The notes: generated by a model from the sequence alone, not told the origin. A stretch of 64,000 nt of DNA from Candidatus Poribacteria bacterium (GCA_965198235.1 OZ240248.1:3200001-3264000); one strand, 5' to 3'; shown: positions 1 to 10,760, numbered from the stretch's first letter. Numbers and translations are program-made.

Positions 1-82
1 TATCAAAAACCCCTATCAAAAACACCCCTCCACTTCGTTACGGGCTACGTTTGAGATGTTGCTGATTGCTAATTGCTTTAGT

Positions 83-1399
83 TTATTTTTTGGTGCGAAT
101 CATCGCGACGTTGAAAATACGGCGTTCGTAGCCGTGCGCGGGGTTGTTCGCAACTCTTCCGAGTGCCCATAATGTCGAGGAGCTTCCACCATCGAAGTTG
201 ATGGCGTGTTTGATGCCGAGTTCACTGAAAAACGTTCCCATGTGATAGAGCGTCATCCCCATACTGTACCCAGGCTGTCTTCCGTCGACGGCGATGAGGA
301 ACAGTTTTTCATCGTTAAATCCGAGAGCACTGCGCGGGTGACGGGACGCAGCGTTGCGATGCCTGTGGGCACTACGACCGCGTGACTCTCCAAACTCCAT
401 GAGTTCAGGTTCGACCTTACCGTCCCGGACAAGCCGCAAGTTCCCGCCGATCCCCTGCTGAACACGTTGCCATTTTTTAGGCGTGAGGGCAATTTCTAAT
501 GTGCCCGCTGTGGATTTGGTAATTTTGTCTGTCCAGTCGCGTGCCAAACCCGGTTCAATCGCAAGAACAACCCCATCAAACGGGATAATGCTGTTGCCGC
601 GTGGGGTCACCGCAGTGACGACGAATCTGCTTGTGTATTTTCCGGTGATCGGGAGTTCAATTTGTCTGAGCGTAAACTCGTAGCATCGGCGCGTTAAGGT
701 TCTGCGTCCGAAGCGTGGTGTATAGATTACGACGGGGCACGATGAATCGCAGATTTGGTTGACTGCCTCGATCGGAAGCGCGTCGGCGGTCCCACCCTCC
801 ATACGGAGTTTACCGTTGAGTTTCACTCTATCCAAGAGAAACTCGCCGTCCGGAGTTACGCCGAAACTCGTTTCGCCCCACGCTGAGGGTGGCGAATATC
901 CCCATCTGTCAAGCGGTGTCGGAATGCTAATAAGTTCACCGTTCTGGATATGCAGATTGAACATCATACCGCCACGTCCGCGATTGTCCTCTCGAATGCC
1001 GAAACTTCCGTTGACACCTGCGAGCGGTAACACGTCTTTTTCCATGAGTCGCCTTGTCGCATCGGTAATGGTTTCGCGTTCTAAGATTTGATCGTTGGCG
1101 AGTTCAACAGCGAATTGGAGGTTTTTCGCTGTGCGGTCCATTTCTGCGATATAGACCGCTGCGCCACCTGTCCACCAATACCGAAGCAGTCGAAAACCTT
1201 TGGACCATCGATTGCTTTGGAGTTCATCACGTCGTTTGACGGTGTCAGGAAGTGCCTCTCGGTTTTTACTGTTGCCAGCACCGATGCGAAAAAACGAGTG
1301 TTCTCGCGCACGCAGTGCCCCGATCACCAAGATAAAGAGCAGGATAAGCGCGCATACGGTAATGAGTCGCATGAAGTCAGGTCTGTTTTCTCTCATCAT
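83..1399 (-). CDS. Phosphodiester glycosidase (NAGPA-like) family exported protein
   Basis: N-terminal hydrophobic signal/anchor; motifs GVNGSF, HPRSALG, VDGRQPGYSMG, AINFDGGSS typical of the NAGPA/EpsL family. Confidence 0.85.
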   Translation of the reverse strand: MMRENRPDFMRLITVCALILLFILVIGALRAREHSFFRIGAGNSKNREALPDTVKRRDELQSNRWSKGFRLLRYWWTGGAAVYIAEMDRTAKNLQFAVELANDQILERETITDATRRLMEKDVLPLAGVNGSFGIREDNRGRGGMMFNLHIQNGELISIPTPLDRWGYSPPSAWGETSFGVTPDGEFLLDRVKLNGKLRMEGGTADALPIEAVNQICDSSCPVVIYTPRFGRRTLTRRCYEFTLRQIELPITGKYTSRFVVTAVTPRGNSIIPFDGVVLAIEPGLARDWTDKITKSTAGTLEIALTPKKWQRVQQGIGGNLRLVRDGKVEPELMEFGESRGRSAHRHRNAASRHPRSALGFNDEKLFLIAVDGRQPGYSMGMTLYHMGTFFSELGIKHAINFDGGSSSTLWALGRVANNPAHGYERRIFNVAMIRTKK

Positions 1400-1496
1400 T
1401 TCTCTATTTTTTTATTTCCTATCAGATTCAATTATTGTAAGGGTCGCGTCCTTCGGTACTGCTATAGACTGCGATTACTGACTGCTGACAACGGTT

Positions 1497-2600
1497 TTAC
1501 TTACTTGCCTTTAAACCGATACCGGTGAGGATGGAGACTGTCAAATCGCCCTCTTGGATGATACCTGACTCTTGGCATTTCTGATATGCTTTAACGACGA
1601 CAGCCGATGTAGGTTCCACATAAATCCCTTTGGCAGCAAGTGTTTTCATGCCTTCCTCGATGTCTGTGTCGTTGACTGTGGTGAATGTGCCGTTTGTAAT
1701 ACGGAGTGCCTCCAAAATATTATCGCCTCGGATAGGGAGTTCAGCGGTAATGCCTTCAGCAAGTGTCTCTCCAGTTTGTTTCATTCTTGAGACAGATGTT
1801 CCTTTGTCAACGTATGCGTTGTAAATTGGACAGCAAACATCGGGTTGGACACCAAGGAGCCGAGGAATCCTTTCGATAATCCCTTGTGTTTGCAATTCAC
1901 GGAATCCGATGGCGAGTCCCAAATAGATACTCCCGAATCCGACTGGACAAATGACGTGTGTCGGCGCACGCCATCCGAGTTGTTCGGTAATTTCATACGC
2001 GAGGGTCTTTGTGCCTTCTAAGAAAAACGGATGCCAGTTATGGGAGGCGTAGCAGGTGGTTTCTGCTGCGAGTTTTACTGCTTCTGTCGTTGCCATGCGG
2101 TTTCCTTCCACCAATTTTAACTCAGCACCGTAAGCGGAAATCTGTCTCAATTTGCCTTTCGAGGTAGACTCAGGACAGTAGATGGTGCAGTGGATGCCTG
2201 CCCTCGCGCTATAGGCGGCTATCGCGGCACCGGCGTTACCCGATGAATCCTCAACGATCGTCTCGACACCGAGTGCTTTGAGATGCGTGAGCAGGACGGA
2301 TGCGCCTCGGTCCTTATAAGAACCGGTCGGACAGAGATAGTCCAATTTTATGAAATGTTCAGGTGTGTTAGTGTCGAGTGGAACAAGTGGTGTCATGCCT
2401 TCACCGAGCGTGACAATCTCTGTCTTTTCACTGATCGGTAGTGCTTCGCGATACCGCCAGAGCGACATCGCCGCCGGGACCTGTGGATTTGGACAGATCT
2501 GTGAATCCGCGACGAGGTTCAGCGCGCTTCCACAGTCGCACTTATAGCGCAACGGTGAGATCTGATATACGTTGTTGCATTTGGCACATTGATACTGCAT
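1497..2600 (-). CDS. thrC: Threonine synthase (PLP-dependent, fold II)
   Basis: TLGEGMTPL, PTGSYKDRG (PLP lysine), SSGNAGAA, EGTKTLAYEI, VEPTSA, LTGIGLK. Confidence 0.85.
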   Translation of the reverse strand: MQYQCAKCNNVYQISPLRYKCDCGSALNLVADSQICPNPQVPAAMSLWRYREALPISEKTEIVTLGEGMTPLVPLDTNTPEHFIKLDYLCPTGSYKDRGASVLLTHLKALGVETIVEDSSGNAGAAIAAYSARAGIHCTIYCPESTSKGKLRQISAYGAELKLVEGNRMATTEAVKLAAETTCYASHNWHPFFLEGTKTLAYEITEQLGWRAPTHVICPVGFGSIYLGLAIGFRELQTQGIIERIPRLLGVQPDVCCPIYNAYVDKGTSVSRMKQTGETLAEGITAELPIRGDNILEALRITNGTFTTVNDTDIEEGMKTLAAKGIYVEPTSAVVVKAYQKCQESGIIQEGDLTVSILTGIGLKASK

Positions 2601-2618
2601 TATTCAAGTTCGTCCATT

Positions 2619-2925
2619 CTATTTCAAAATGAGCATACGCCGGGTTTGCTGGAAAGAAGGTGTTGTCAGTTGGTAGAAATAGATGCCACTTGCAACCGGT
2701 TCACCTAAGTCGTTACGTCCATCCCAATAGGCGGCACGTTCTCGATCCTGATAATAGCCTGTGGACTGATAACCGAGCGGAACTGACGACGAACGCCCAC
2801 GTCTGATTAAGGGGCATTGCAAACGGTGCTGCAGCGACCTGTGTCTGATTCGTCCATTTTGCGCCGACGAAGACGATGTCGCGTGCTTGTGGGACGTTGA
2901 CGATGTATCCCTTCCCAAAGATTAG
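2619..2925 (-). pseudogene. Decayed 3' remnant of a large secreted protein with FlgD-Ig/T9SS-like C-terminal domain
   Basis: One frame ends ...GYYQDRERAAYWDGRNDLGEPVASGIYFYQLTTPSFQQTRRMLILK*. A different frame upstream reads GKGYIVNVPQARDIVFVGAKWTN...AAP...WAFVVS. No proper start; the frame junction near 2785 implies an internal deletion. Confidence 0.7.
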
Positions 2926-2943
2926 AATCTAAACCCTTAAGGA

Positions 2944-3076
2944 TAATGTGAGTTAGACGTGAGAAGGAGTTGTGTTTCCAAGGGAGAACCGCTATGGTAT
3001 AATGAGGTATCTAAACCGATATCGAAACGAGTTCTCCATGAATATTATAGCACTTTTCTGTAATATTGACCACTTT
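2944..3076 (+). mobile_element. Probable IS982-family left-end remnant (IR, promoter, first ~13 transposase codons)
   Basis: TAATGTGAGTTAGACG resembles IS982-type ends; extended -10 TGGTATAAT at 2995-3003; ATG at 3038 gives MNIIALFCNIDHF, like IS982 transposase N-termini (LFCxIDDF), then it is cut off. Confidence 0.5.
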
Positions 3077-4078
3077 TTATTCATCCCAGGGCAGTGGCAC
3101 ATCTAATCGTTCGCTGACCTCGCGTGCGGATTCCTGTTCCATCTCACCGTAACGGATACCTGCGCGGCGATGCTGTTCCGTACGTTCCATTTCGATGGCA
3201 CCGGGTAGCAGTGCCCTGTCGGTTCCCGGCATCGGCTCGTAAGTTTCGCGGACATCCCGCACCATGCGGTCGACTTCAGCGTGGAAAACATCAGGTGGCA
3301 CAACGGATTCAATGTCTATTGCGAGTACCATACCCCCCTGTGGAGGGTTCCATTTTGCGGTGTCTTCGGGTGGTGGTTCGGTGAAGCCGGTCAGTCCGCC
3401 ACCGAGGAGGTGTGCCAGAGCGGTATAGCCGATGCTCTTGAAGAAGGCAGCGGGGATGATCGAAAGCAGGGTGTCGAATTCGGGACCGCGCTGATAGTCA
3501 GCCATAATACAGGTGGCTGCGTCGAGCACGACCGGTGGTTCATCACCAGAAGGTATAGCGAAACAGATGGGCGGGTTGCCGAAGTAGCCAAGCTGCGGTT
3601 TGGAGTCTTGGTTTCCGGCATTGCCGTGGTTCTGGGAGCCCTGTACCGAAAAACCGATGCATCCGGCTTCGTTACACATCCGCGAGTAGTGGCCCGCGGA
3701 CCCGTAGTGCCCAATGTAGCGGACGAGTCCCATCCCAATACCTACCTCTTTCGCTTTGGCGATGGCGTGTTCGGTTGCACGCACCATCGGGAGATAGCCG
3801 AGTGTGCCGTTTCCATCCAGCACGACAGCCGTTGGTGTTTCATGGATGACGCGGATATTCGGGTTGGGATTGAGATTTCCGCTTTCAAAGCCAGCACAAT
3901 ACCTATTAACAGTCCGTGTACCGTGACTACGGACACCTCGCAGGTCGGAATTAACGAGCAAGCGGCTGATGAGTGCGGCGTGTTCATGTGGGAGACCTGC
4001 CTTCTCAAAGCAGGTGGTAGAGAAGTTGAGAAGTCGTTCCTCATCTACTAAGACGAAAGCTTCTGGTGGTCTGTTCAT
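3077..4078 (-). CDS. Ldh_2 family (malate/L-sulfolactate/ureidoglycolate dehydrogenase-like) oxidoreductase, copy 2
   Basis: SDLRGVRSHG, HYGSAGHY, GNPPICFAIP, LLPG motifs. Confidence 0.88.
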   Translation of the reverse strand: MNRPPEAFVLVDEERLLNFSTTCFEKAGLPHEHAALISRLLVNSDLRGVRSHGTRTVNRYCAGFESGNLNPNPNIRVIHETPTAVVLDGNGTLGYLPMVRATEHAIAKAKEVGIGMGLVRYIGHYGSAGHYSRMCNEAGCIGFSVQGSQNHGNAGNQDSKPQLGYFGNPPICFAIPSGDEPPVVLDAATCIMADYQRGPEFDTLLSIIPAAFFKSIGYTALAHLLGGGLTGFTEPPPEDTAKWNPPQGGMVLAIDIESVVPPDVFHAEVDRMVRDVRETYEPMPGTDRALLPGAIEMERTEQHRRAGIRYGEMEQESAREVSERLDVPLPWDE

Positions 4079-4221
4079 GCCTTTTTCCTTCCTTGGTTGT
4101 GAACATGCGAGATTAGTGCCCTTTCCCAGTAACAGGTGGAGATCCCCTCGTCAATGACGGCAGTGCATTTTTGCGTCTATTTAATTCATTTTTAGTTTCG
4201 TTTCCTATAAGCGTGTGGAGG

Positions 4222-5226
4222 TTATTCGTCCCAAGGCAGTGGCACACCTAAGCGTTCACTGACCCCGCGTGCGGATTCCTGTTCCATTTCACCGTAACGG
4301 ATGCCTGCGCGGCGATGCTGTTCCGTACGTTCGGTTTCAATCGCTCCCGGTAGTAGTGCTCTGTCTGTCCCCGGCATTGGCTCATAGGTTTCACGAACAT
4401 CATGCACCATCCGATCGACTTCTGCGTTGAAAACAGCGGATGGCACAACGGATTCGATATCTATAGCGAGCACCATTCCTCCCAGGCTTCCACCATTCCA
4501 TTTTGCAGTATTTTCGGGTGGTGGTTCAGTGAAGCCAGTTAGCGCACCACCGAGCAGACTCGCAACTGCGGTGTAGCCGATGCTCTTGAAGAAGGCAGCG
4601 GGGATGACTGAAAGCAACGCATCGAAATCGGGACCGCGTTGGTAATCTGCCATGATACAGGTTGCCGCGTCGAGCACGACTGGTGGTTCATCGCCGGAGG
4701 GGATGGCAAAACAGATCGGCGGATTGCCGTAGTAGCCGAGTTGCGGTTTGGAATCTTGGTTTCCAGCGTTGCCTTGGTTCTGATACCCCTGTACTGAAAA
4801 ACCGATACAACCCGCCTCATTACAGATTCGTGCATAGTGTCCTGCAGATCCATAGTGCCCAATATAACGCACCAGTCCCATCCCAATGCCCACTTCTTTC
4901 GCTTTGGCGATGGCGTGTTCGGTTGCACGCACCATTGGAAGATAGCCGAGTGTGCCATTTCCATCCAGCACGACCGCCGTTGGTGTTTCATGGATGACGC
5001 GGATATCGGGGTTGGGATTGAAACTTCCGTTTTCAAAGCCAGCACAATATCCATTAACAGTCCGTGTGCCGTGACTGCGGACACCTCGCAGGTCGGAATT
5101 GACGAGTAAGCGGCTGATGAGTGCGGCGTGTTCGTGTGTGATGCCGGCTTTTTCAAAGCAAGTGGTCGAGAAGTTGAGAAGTCGTTCTTCGTCTACATGG
5201 ACGAAGGCTTCTGGTGGTCTATTCAT
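4222..5226 (-). CDS. Ldh_2 family oxidoreductase, copy 1 (tandem paralog)
   Basis: Same motifs; colinear and mostly identical to 3077..4078. Confidence 0.88.
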   Translation of the reverse strand: MNRPPEAFVHVDEERLLNFSTTCFEKAGITHEHAALISRLLVNSDLRGVRSHGTRTVNGYCAGFENGSFNPNPDIRVIHETPTAVVLDGNGTLGYLPMVRATEHAIAKAKEVGIGMGLVRYIGHYGSAGHYARICNEAGCIGFSVQGYQNQGNAGNQDSKPQLGYYGNPPICFAIPSGDEPPVVLDAATCIMADYQRGPDFDALLSVIPAAFFKSIGYTAVASLLGGALTGFTEPPPENTAKWNGGSLGGMVLAIDIESVVPSAVFNAEVDRMVHDVRETYEPMPGTDRALLPGAIETERTEQHRRAGIRYGEMEQESARGVSERLGVPLPWDE

Positions 5227-5296
5227 AGCAATCTCCTATTTTTTGTAGTGGCACCAAGTGTTTTTGGAGCGTTTGGCTGAGAGGAAGGATTTGGAT

Positions 5297-7309
5297 CTAT
5301 TCCGCCTCCAAAGTCGGTTTGATCTCCCAGAGCGTCACCGTGCCATCCGTACTTCTGGTAGCGATGGTCTGTCCATCGGGTGAATACACGACAGAAACGA
5401 TGTCTGTATGTGCTGTGAATGTGGCTTTATGTTCCCCTGTGATCGCATCCCAGAACCGGACCGTGCCATCCGTACTCCCGGAAGCGATTGTCTTTCCGTC
5501 AGGTGAGTACACAACGGAAGCAACGGTCTTCGTATGTCCCCTCAGTCTGGTTTTGTGTTTCCCTGTTGTCGCATTCCACAATTGCACGATGTCATCGCGA
5601 TATCCTCCACCAGAAGCGATCGTCTTTCCATCAGGTGAATACACTAATGACTTGACCCCGCCTTTGTGTTTTGTGGATATTGCTTTAAGTTCCTCACCCG
5701 TTACGGTGTGCCACACTTGTATTTTGCCGTTCCAACTTCCAGTAGCGATCATTCTGCCATCTGGCGAATACGCTACGGAAGATATGTAATCGGGTCCTTC
5801 ATATATGATTTTGCGTTTCCTTGTCTGCGCGTGCCATAGGTACACTGTTCCTTTATGGTCTTTATAGTGTCCTCCGGCGGTAGCAAGAGTCTGTCCATCG
5901 GGTGAATATGCCACTGAGGATATGTCGTACCCGCGGTCTGCGTTGGCATGTTTGAATGTGGCTTTGTGTTTACCCGTTCCCGGACTCCACAACTGAACTG
6001 TATTATCGGACAAGTTCACCATAGCGATCGTCTTTCCATCAGGTGCGTACACTATGGAAGCAAGGGTGCTGTTCGTGTGTTCGGTATATGTAGTTTTGAG
6101 TTTCTTTGTCTTAACATCCCGCAATTGCAGTGAGTTGCTACGATAGTCCCCAACCGTAGCGATCGTCTTTCCATCAGGTGAATATGCGACAGCGTTAATA
6201 TGGATATATCCTGTGAGGACAGTTTTGGTTTCACCCGTGACAGCATCCCATAATCGCACAGTGTTGTCTTTCCAACCTCCAGCAGTAGCGATCGTGTTTC
6301 CGTCGGGTGAATATACTACCGAGTTTACTGGACCTGTATGTCCAGTTAGTGTAGATTTAAGTTTTGTTGTTCGTGTATCCCACAATCGTAACTTGCTGTC
6401 CTCACTTGCAGCAGCCACGGTGTTCCCATCAGGTGAATATGCGACAGAATTAACAGGTGCATTCAGCCACGGAAATAGGGAGTTAATCCAATTCGTCCGT
6501 TTCAGGATGGCTTTGTGTTTTCCGGTGGCGACATCCCACAACCGCACCATGCCATCCGTGCTCCCAGAGGCGATAATATTGCCATCGGGTGAATATGCAA
6601 CGGAATTGACTCGCTTCGTATGTCCAGTCAGTGTAGTTTTGTGGCCACCCGTTTGTGCGTCCCATAACTGTACAACGTTATCTGTCCAACCTCCAGCAGT
6701 AGCGATGGTGTTTCCATCGGGCGCATACACAAAAGACTGGACGCTACCTCTACCTACCCTCTCGAGTGTTCCTTTGGATTTTCCTGTAGCAGCGTCCCAC
6801 AAATATACCGTGTTGTCCCGCTTTCTTGCAGTCGCGATAGTGTTTCCGTCGGGTGAATATGCAATGGAAGCGGCCCTCTGTGTCTGTAGTCTGATGGTGG
6901 TTTTCTTTTCGCCACTGGTGCCATCTCTCAGTTGTACTGTATTGCCCGCAGTTGAAGGCAGTCTTGCCTCTCTTGTTCCTGTTACCACTATCATCTCGTT
7001 CGTGCTCCCATTGGCGATGGTGTTTCCATCGGGCGCGTATGCGAACGCAAAGGGAGCGACACCGTTTGTGTACAGCAACAAATCTAATTCTTTACCGGTC
7101 TGTGGATCATAAAACCAGATACCGATAGAACTGGAAACCGCAAGCCGGCTACCGTCCGGAGAAAAATGGACTTCGCCTAACGTTCCTTTACCGAGCCTTG
7201 CTATTGCCCCCTCGGGTAAACTGAATTGCGTGGAATCTTGGGCGATAGTCGAGAAACAGCAGATTAATAGTGTAAGTATTGTGCATCTCAGGAAAAGGGT
7301 AATTTTCAT
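5297..7309 (-). CDS. Secreted WD40-repeat protein
   Basis: Signal peptide; LPEGAIARLGKG lead-in; about 14 repeats of GH...V.SVAYSPDG.TIASGS.DGTVRLWD. Confidence 0.92.
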   Translation of the reverse strand: MKITLFLRCTILTLLICCFSTIAQDSTQFSLPEGAIARLGKGTLGEVHFSPDGSRLAVSSSIGIWFYDPQTGKELDLLLYTNGVAPFAFAYAPDGNTIANGSTNEMIVVTGTREARLPSTAGNTVQLRDGTSGEKKTTIRLQTQRAASIAYSPDGNTIATARKRDNTVYLWDAATGKSKGTLERVGRGSVQSFVYAPDGNTIATAGGWTDNVVQLWDAQTGGHKTTLTGHTKRVNSVAYSPDGNIIASGSTDGMVRLWDVATGKHKAILKRTNWINSLFPWLNAPVNSVAYSPDGNTVAAASEDSKLRLWDTRTTKLKSTLTGHTGPVNSVVYSPDGNTIATAGGWKDNTVRLWDAVTGETKTVLTGYIHINAVAYSPDGKTIATVGDYRSNSLQLRDVKTKKLKTTYTEHTNSTLASIVYAPDGKTIAMVNLSDNTVQLWSPGTGKHKATFKHANADRGYDISSVAYSPDGQTLATAGGHYKDHKGTVYLWHAQTRKRKIIYEGPDYISSVAYSPDGRMIATGSWNGKIQVWHTVTGEELKAISTKHKGGVKSLVYSPDGKTIASGGGYRDDIVQLWNATTGKHKTRLRGHTKTVASVVYSPDGKTIASGSTDGTVRFWDAITGEHKATFTAHTDIVSVVYSPDGQTIATRSTDGTVTLWEIKPTLEAE

Positions 7310-7456
7310 GATGCCTGGACGCTTTTGTCGTGAATTATGTTGAGAATATATACCATTGGATTATGACATGTCGCATCCCTTATGAAAAAATAGCGGTCTA
7401 CTACAATTTTCAAATCAGAACCTGTTGAAGAAATCTTGCTCCATTACTGCGCGCAA

Positions 7457-8611
7457 TTAGAAAGGGTCGATCTGTTTATGGAACTGCTTTTCGCCGTTTT
7501 TGATGGTGAGTATGACAGAACTTTTGGTTGGATGCCGGTTTTCGTCATAACTTCCGATCCGAGTCGCGCCGGTGTAATTTTCAGTGGCACTCAATTGATC
7601 GCGAATTGCTTCGGGTGCGAGACTGCCTGCCCGTTCGATTGCTTCAAAAAGCAATTTGACCGCGTCATAATTGACAGCGATACCGCCTGTTGGCACCTCT
7701 CCGTGAATAGATTGGTAAGCGTCAATAAACGCTCGTGCTGCCGGTTCATCTGTGCTCGGTGAAAAGTGTGTCGTAAAAAAACTTCCCTCTACTTCAGCAT
7801 CTTCGTCGGCTAACAATACTTCGTTGTCCCATGTATCCGTTCCAAGAAATAGAGTCGGAGTACCTACGGCGTTTTGCAAGGGAATTGCCCTTGCCTGCTG
7901 TGTGATAGGACCGATGTCACGTGCGAAACTGGAGATGAAGAACGCTTCAGGTTGCGTCGCAGCAATGCTCGTCAACTGTTCTGTAAAATCCATTACCCCA
8001 CTTTCGTAGGATTCATTAGCGACGATCTCGCCGCCGAGTTTGCTGAAATTGCGTGCGAAAAATTCAGAGATGCCTTCCGTATAAACGTCCCCACTTAGTG
8101 TCAAAATGGCTGCAGTGGTTACGTCGAGTTCTGTAATTGCGAACTGTGCCAGGACCTTACCTTGAAACGCATCTGTAACGGATGCCATGAAGACGAAATC
8201 ACCGGCTTTTGTGACATCGGGGTTGCTTGCAGCGGTGGTAATCATTGGCACACGATATCGTTGTGCGATTGGACCTACGGCAACAGCGTGTGTAGAGCGG
8301 TTGGGTCCAATAATAGCGATTACTTTGTCTGTAAGAATCATGTCCTCAGCAGTTTGGATGGAAAGGGGTAATGATGCTTCTATGTTAATGAGGCTGACCA
8401 ATTCGATAGGTGTGCCGAAGATTCCGCCAAGTTCGTTAATTTCATCCACAGCGAGTTGGGCACCGTTCAGGTACGGAGCGCGGTCGCCCGCAACAATAAA
8501 ACCGATTTTCAGAGTTTGAACTTCTTCTGAGACGGTTATTTCTTGGATTCTTTCGCATCCAGCCAATGTTAGTAACGACACAATCAAACAGCATGCAAGA
8601 AATTTGAACAT
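7457..8611 (-). CDS. LivK/LivJ-like ABC substrate-binding lipoprotein
   Basis: Lipobox LAGC; LKIGFI, NGAQLAVDEIN, AIIGP, YDAVKLL motifs. Confidence 0.88.
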   Translation of the reverse strand: MFKFLACCLIVSLLTLAGCERIQEITVSEEVQTLKIGFIVAGDRAPYLNGAQLAVDEINELGGIFGTPIELVSLINIEASLPLSIQTAEDMILTDKVIAIIGPNRSTHAVAVGPIAQRYRVPMITTAASNPDVTKAGDFVFMASVTDAFQGKVLAQFAITELDVTTAAILTLSGDVYTEGISEFFARNFSKLGGEIVANESYESGVMDFTEQLTSIAATQPEAFFISSFARDIGPITQQARAIPLQNAVGTPTLFLGTDTWDNEVLLADEDAEVEGSFFTTHFSPSTDEPAARAFIDAYQSIHGEVPTGGIAVNYDAVKLLFEAIERAGSLAPEAIRDQLSATENYTGATRIGSYDENRHPTKSSVILTIKNGEKQFHKQIDPF

Positions 8612-8880
8612 TATCTTTCCTTGTAAAAAATGGTTTGTTTTGTTTTACATATTTGCTACAATGTTTTTCAAGCAGTTGAAGATGGGAGTGGGTGAGTATC
8701 TGAGAGCAGTACGTGCCCTTTTCTATAATTATTATCCTTTATTTTACCAAAATAAACAAGCGAATTCTATGGAATGGCTGTCGGTTGTCGGTAAGAGGTT
8801 TTTGATTAAATTAGACATCTCTTTACTGAGGCTGACTGCCAATCGCCAACTCTCAAAACTATAATGTAACGCTATCTGCT

Positions 8881-9639
8881 ATGGAAAGTTTGATCACAGT
8901 GATTGGCCGCGGTCATTCTGGGACGCGCGCCATTTCTCATACGTTATACGCCAGTGGGGTTTTCATGGGAAGCCAGCTGAACCCCTCCGGCGATAAGATT
9001 CCACCGCACGCGATGTATGATGCATGTCGAGTGATGGCGCAATATGTCAAGTGGCAAGGCGAGTTATCGTGGGATTTTGAACCCCTGTTTACGATGCCGA
9101 TCGATCCGGAATTTGAGCACCTCATCAATATCTACCTTGAGGATGTGCTACAGGATCCGGCACCCTACAAAGGCTGGAAAATTCCAGAGACTACGTTAGT
9201 CTACCCGTGGATAATTCGGATGTTTCCTGAGATAAAGTTCATCCACTGGGTTCGGGATCCGCGGGATTGTATTCGGGGCGATCACAAAACCGACGATCTT
9301 CGGGATTTCGGGGTCGCCTATCCTGAAACAGACGACATCTATGAAAGACGAGCGATTTCATGGATCTATCAGTATAAGCTCATGCAAGCGACACCTATGC
9401 CCAAGAATGTTATCCAGATCCGCTTTGAGGACTTCGTTCTGAATCAGGAGGCGATACTCAAGGAGCTTGAAGCGTTCTTGGATATCCCGTTGGGGCGGAT
9501 TATCGTGCGTCCAGATGCAGTAGACCGCTGGAAGCGAGACGTTGCGGAATTGGAGCCGGGAGCATCGTTACCGCAGTACGAATTTGAGTTTCTGAAAAAA
9601 GCAATCGTTGAAAACGGTTATTCTTTAACAGCAACATAA
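8881..9639 (+). CDS. Sulfotransferase family protein
   Basis: 5'-PSB loop IGRGHSGT, GWKIPET, 3'-PB motif HWVRDPRD, IRFEDFV. Confidence 0.85.
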   Translation: MESLITVIGRGHSGTRAISHTLYASGVFMGSQLNPSGDKIPPHAMYDACRVMAQYVKWQGELSWDFEPLFTMPIDPEFEHLINIYLEDVLQDPAPYKGWKIPETTLVYPWIIRMFPEIKFIHWVRDPRDCIRGDHKTDDLRDFGVAYPETDDIYERRAISWIYQYKLMQATPMPKNVIQIRFEDFVLNQEAILKELEAFLDIPLGRIIVRPDAVDRWKRDVAELEPGASLPQYEFEFLKKAIVENGYSLTAT

Positions 9640-9656
9640 CAAAGAAAGGAAATATT

Positions 9657-10676
9657 ATGTCAACTACTTACCGTGTTGGACTTGTCGGAGCAGGTGGGAT
9701 CGCCAATGCGCACGGCAACGCGTGTCAACAAGCACCGAGTGCTGAATTGGCGGCGATCTGTGATGTATCGGAAAATGCCTTAGCCAGTTTCGGTGAACGC
9801 TTTGACGTGGATCCTGAAAACCGGTATCTCTCTTTAGAAGAGATGTTAGACGCTGAGGATTTGGACATCGCTGTTATCTGTACTTGGGGTGCCTTTCACG
9901 CTGAGGTCGGTATCCAGCTTTCTGAATCCCGCCAAGTCAAAGCGATTTTGTGTGAGAAACCATTCACATCAACAGCTGCGGAGGCGGAAGCGTTCGTCGG
10001 TGCGGCGCAAGAGAATGGTGTGCTGGTGGCGGAAGCGTTTAAATTTCGGCATCATCCAATGCATCTCAAAGCGAAAGAACTTATTGATGCGGGGGCTATC
10101 GGGGACTTTAAGACGCTTCGAAGCACCTTCTGCACTGGCGGCGGTGGCGGCGGACCAGAAACGCGACGCCCTGAGATGAATTGGCGGTTTAATAAGGCGA
10201 AGGGTGGCGGTAGTATTTACGATTTGGCGTGTTACAATATCCATCACGCGCGATTTATGTTTGGTGCTGAACCGATTCGGGTATCGGGGATGTCTCAAGC
10301 CGGGTTAGAAGTCGACGATGGTTCCTATCTATTGTTAGTATTCCCGGGTGAACGTGTTGCGCAGATTTCTACCGGTTTTAATTGTGCTGGTGGACAGTAT
10401 GCTGAAATGTCAGGCACCGGCGGCATGTGTCGACTTGATCGGGTTTGGAACAATGAGAACTCAGCCGTCAATATTGAACTCACCACACGAGAGGGCAGAG
10501 AAGTCATTGATTTTGAACCGTGTTTCCAATTTGCGTTGCAATTAGAGTATATGTGCGAGGTTTTAGCGACCGGAAAACCGCACCGTATCTCACCCGAAAG
10601 CTGCGTGAATCAGATGCGTGTTATTGATGCCGCGTTTGAAGCGATGGCGACTGGGCGCACAGTCGAATTAGGGTAA
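9657..10676 (+). CDS. Gfo/Idh/MocA family oxidoreductase
   Basis: GLVGAGGIA, CEKP, GGGSIYDLACY. Confidence 0.92.
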   Translation: MSTTYRVGLVGAGGIANAHGNACQQAPSAELAAICDVSENALASFGERFDVDPENRYLSLEEMLDAEDLDIAVICTWGAFHAEVGIQLSESRQVKAILCEKPFTSTAAEAEAFVGAAQENGVLVAEAFKFRHHPMHLKAKELIDAGAIGDFKTLRSTFCTGGGGGGPETRRPEMNWRFNKAKGGGSIYDLACYNIHHARFMFGAEPIRVSGMSQAGLEVDDGSYLLLVFPGERVAQISTGFNCAGGQYAEMSGTGGMCRLDRVWNNENSAVNIELTTREGREVIDFEPCFQFALQLEYMCEVLATGKPHRISPESCVNQMRVIDAAFEAMATGRTVELG

Positions 10677-10760
10677 CAGATTTAAATGGCTATCGGCTTT
10701 CAGTCTTCGGCTATCAGTAGGAATGGCTGACGGCTGATGGCTATTATTCTCACAACTATT

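Noticed and set aside
6213-7112. Long antisense ORFs (also 3281-4051, 34576-35169, 61962-62600)
   Set aside because: Shadows of well-supported genes, with no recognisable motifs
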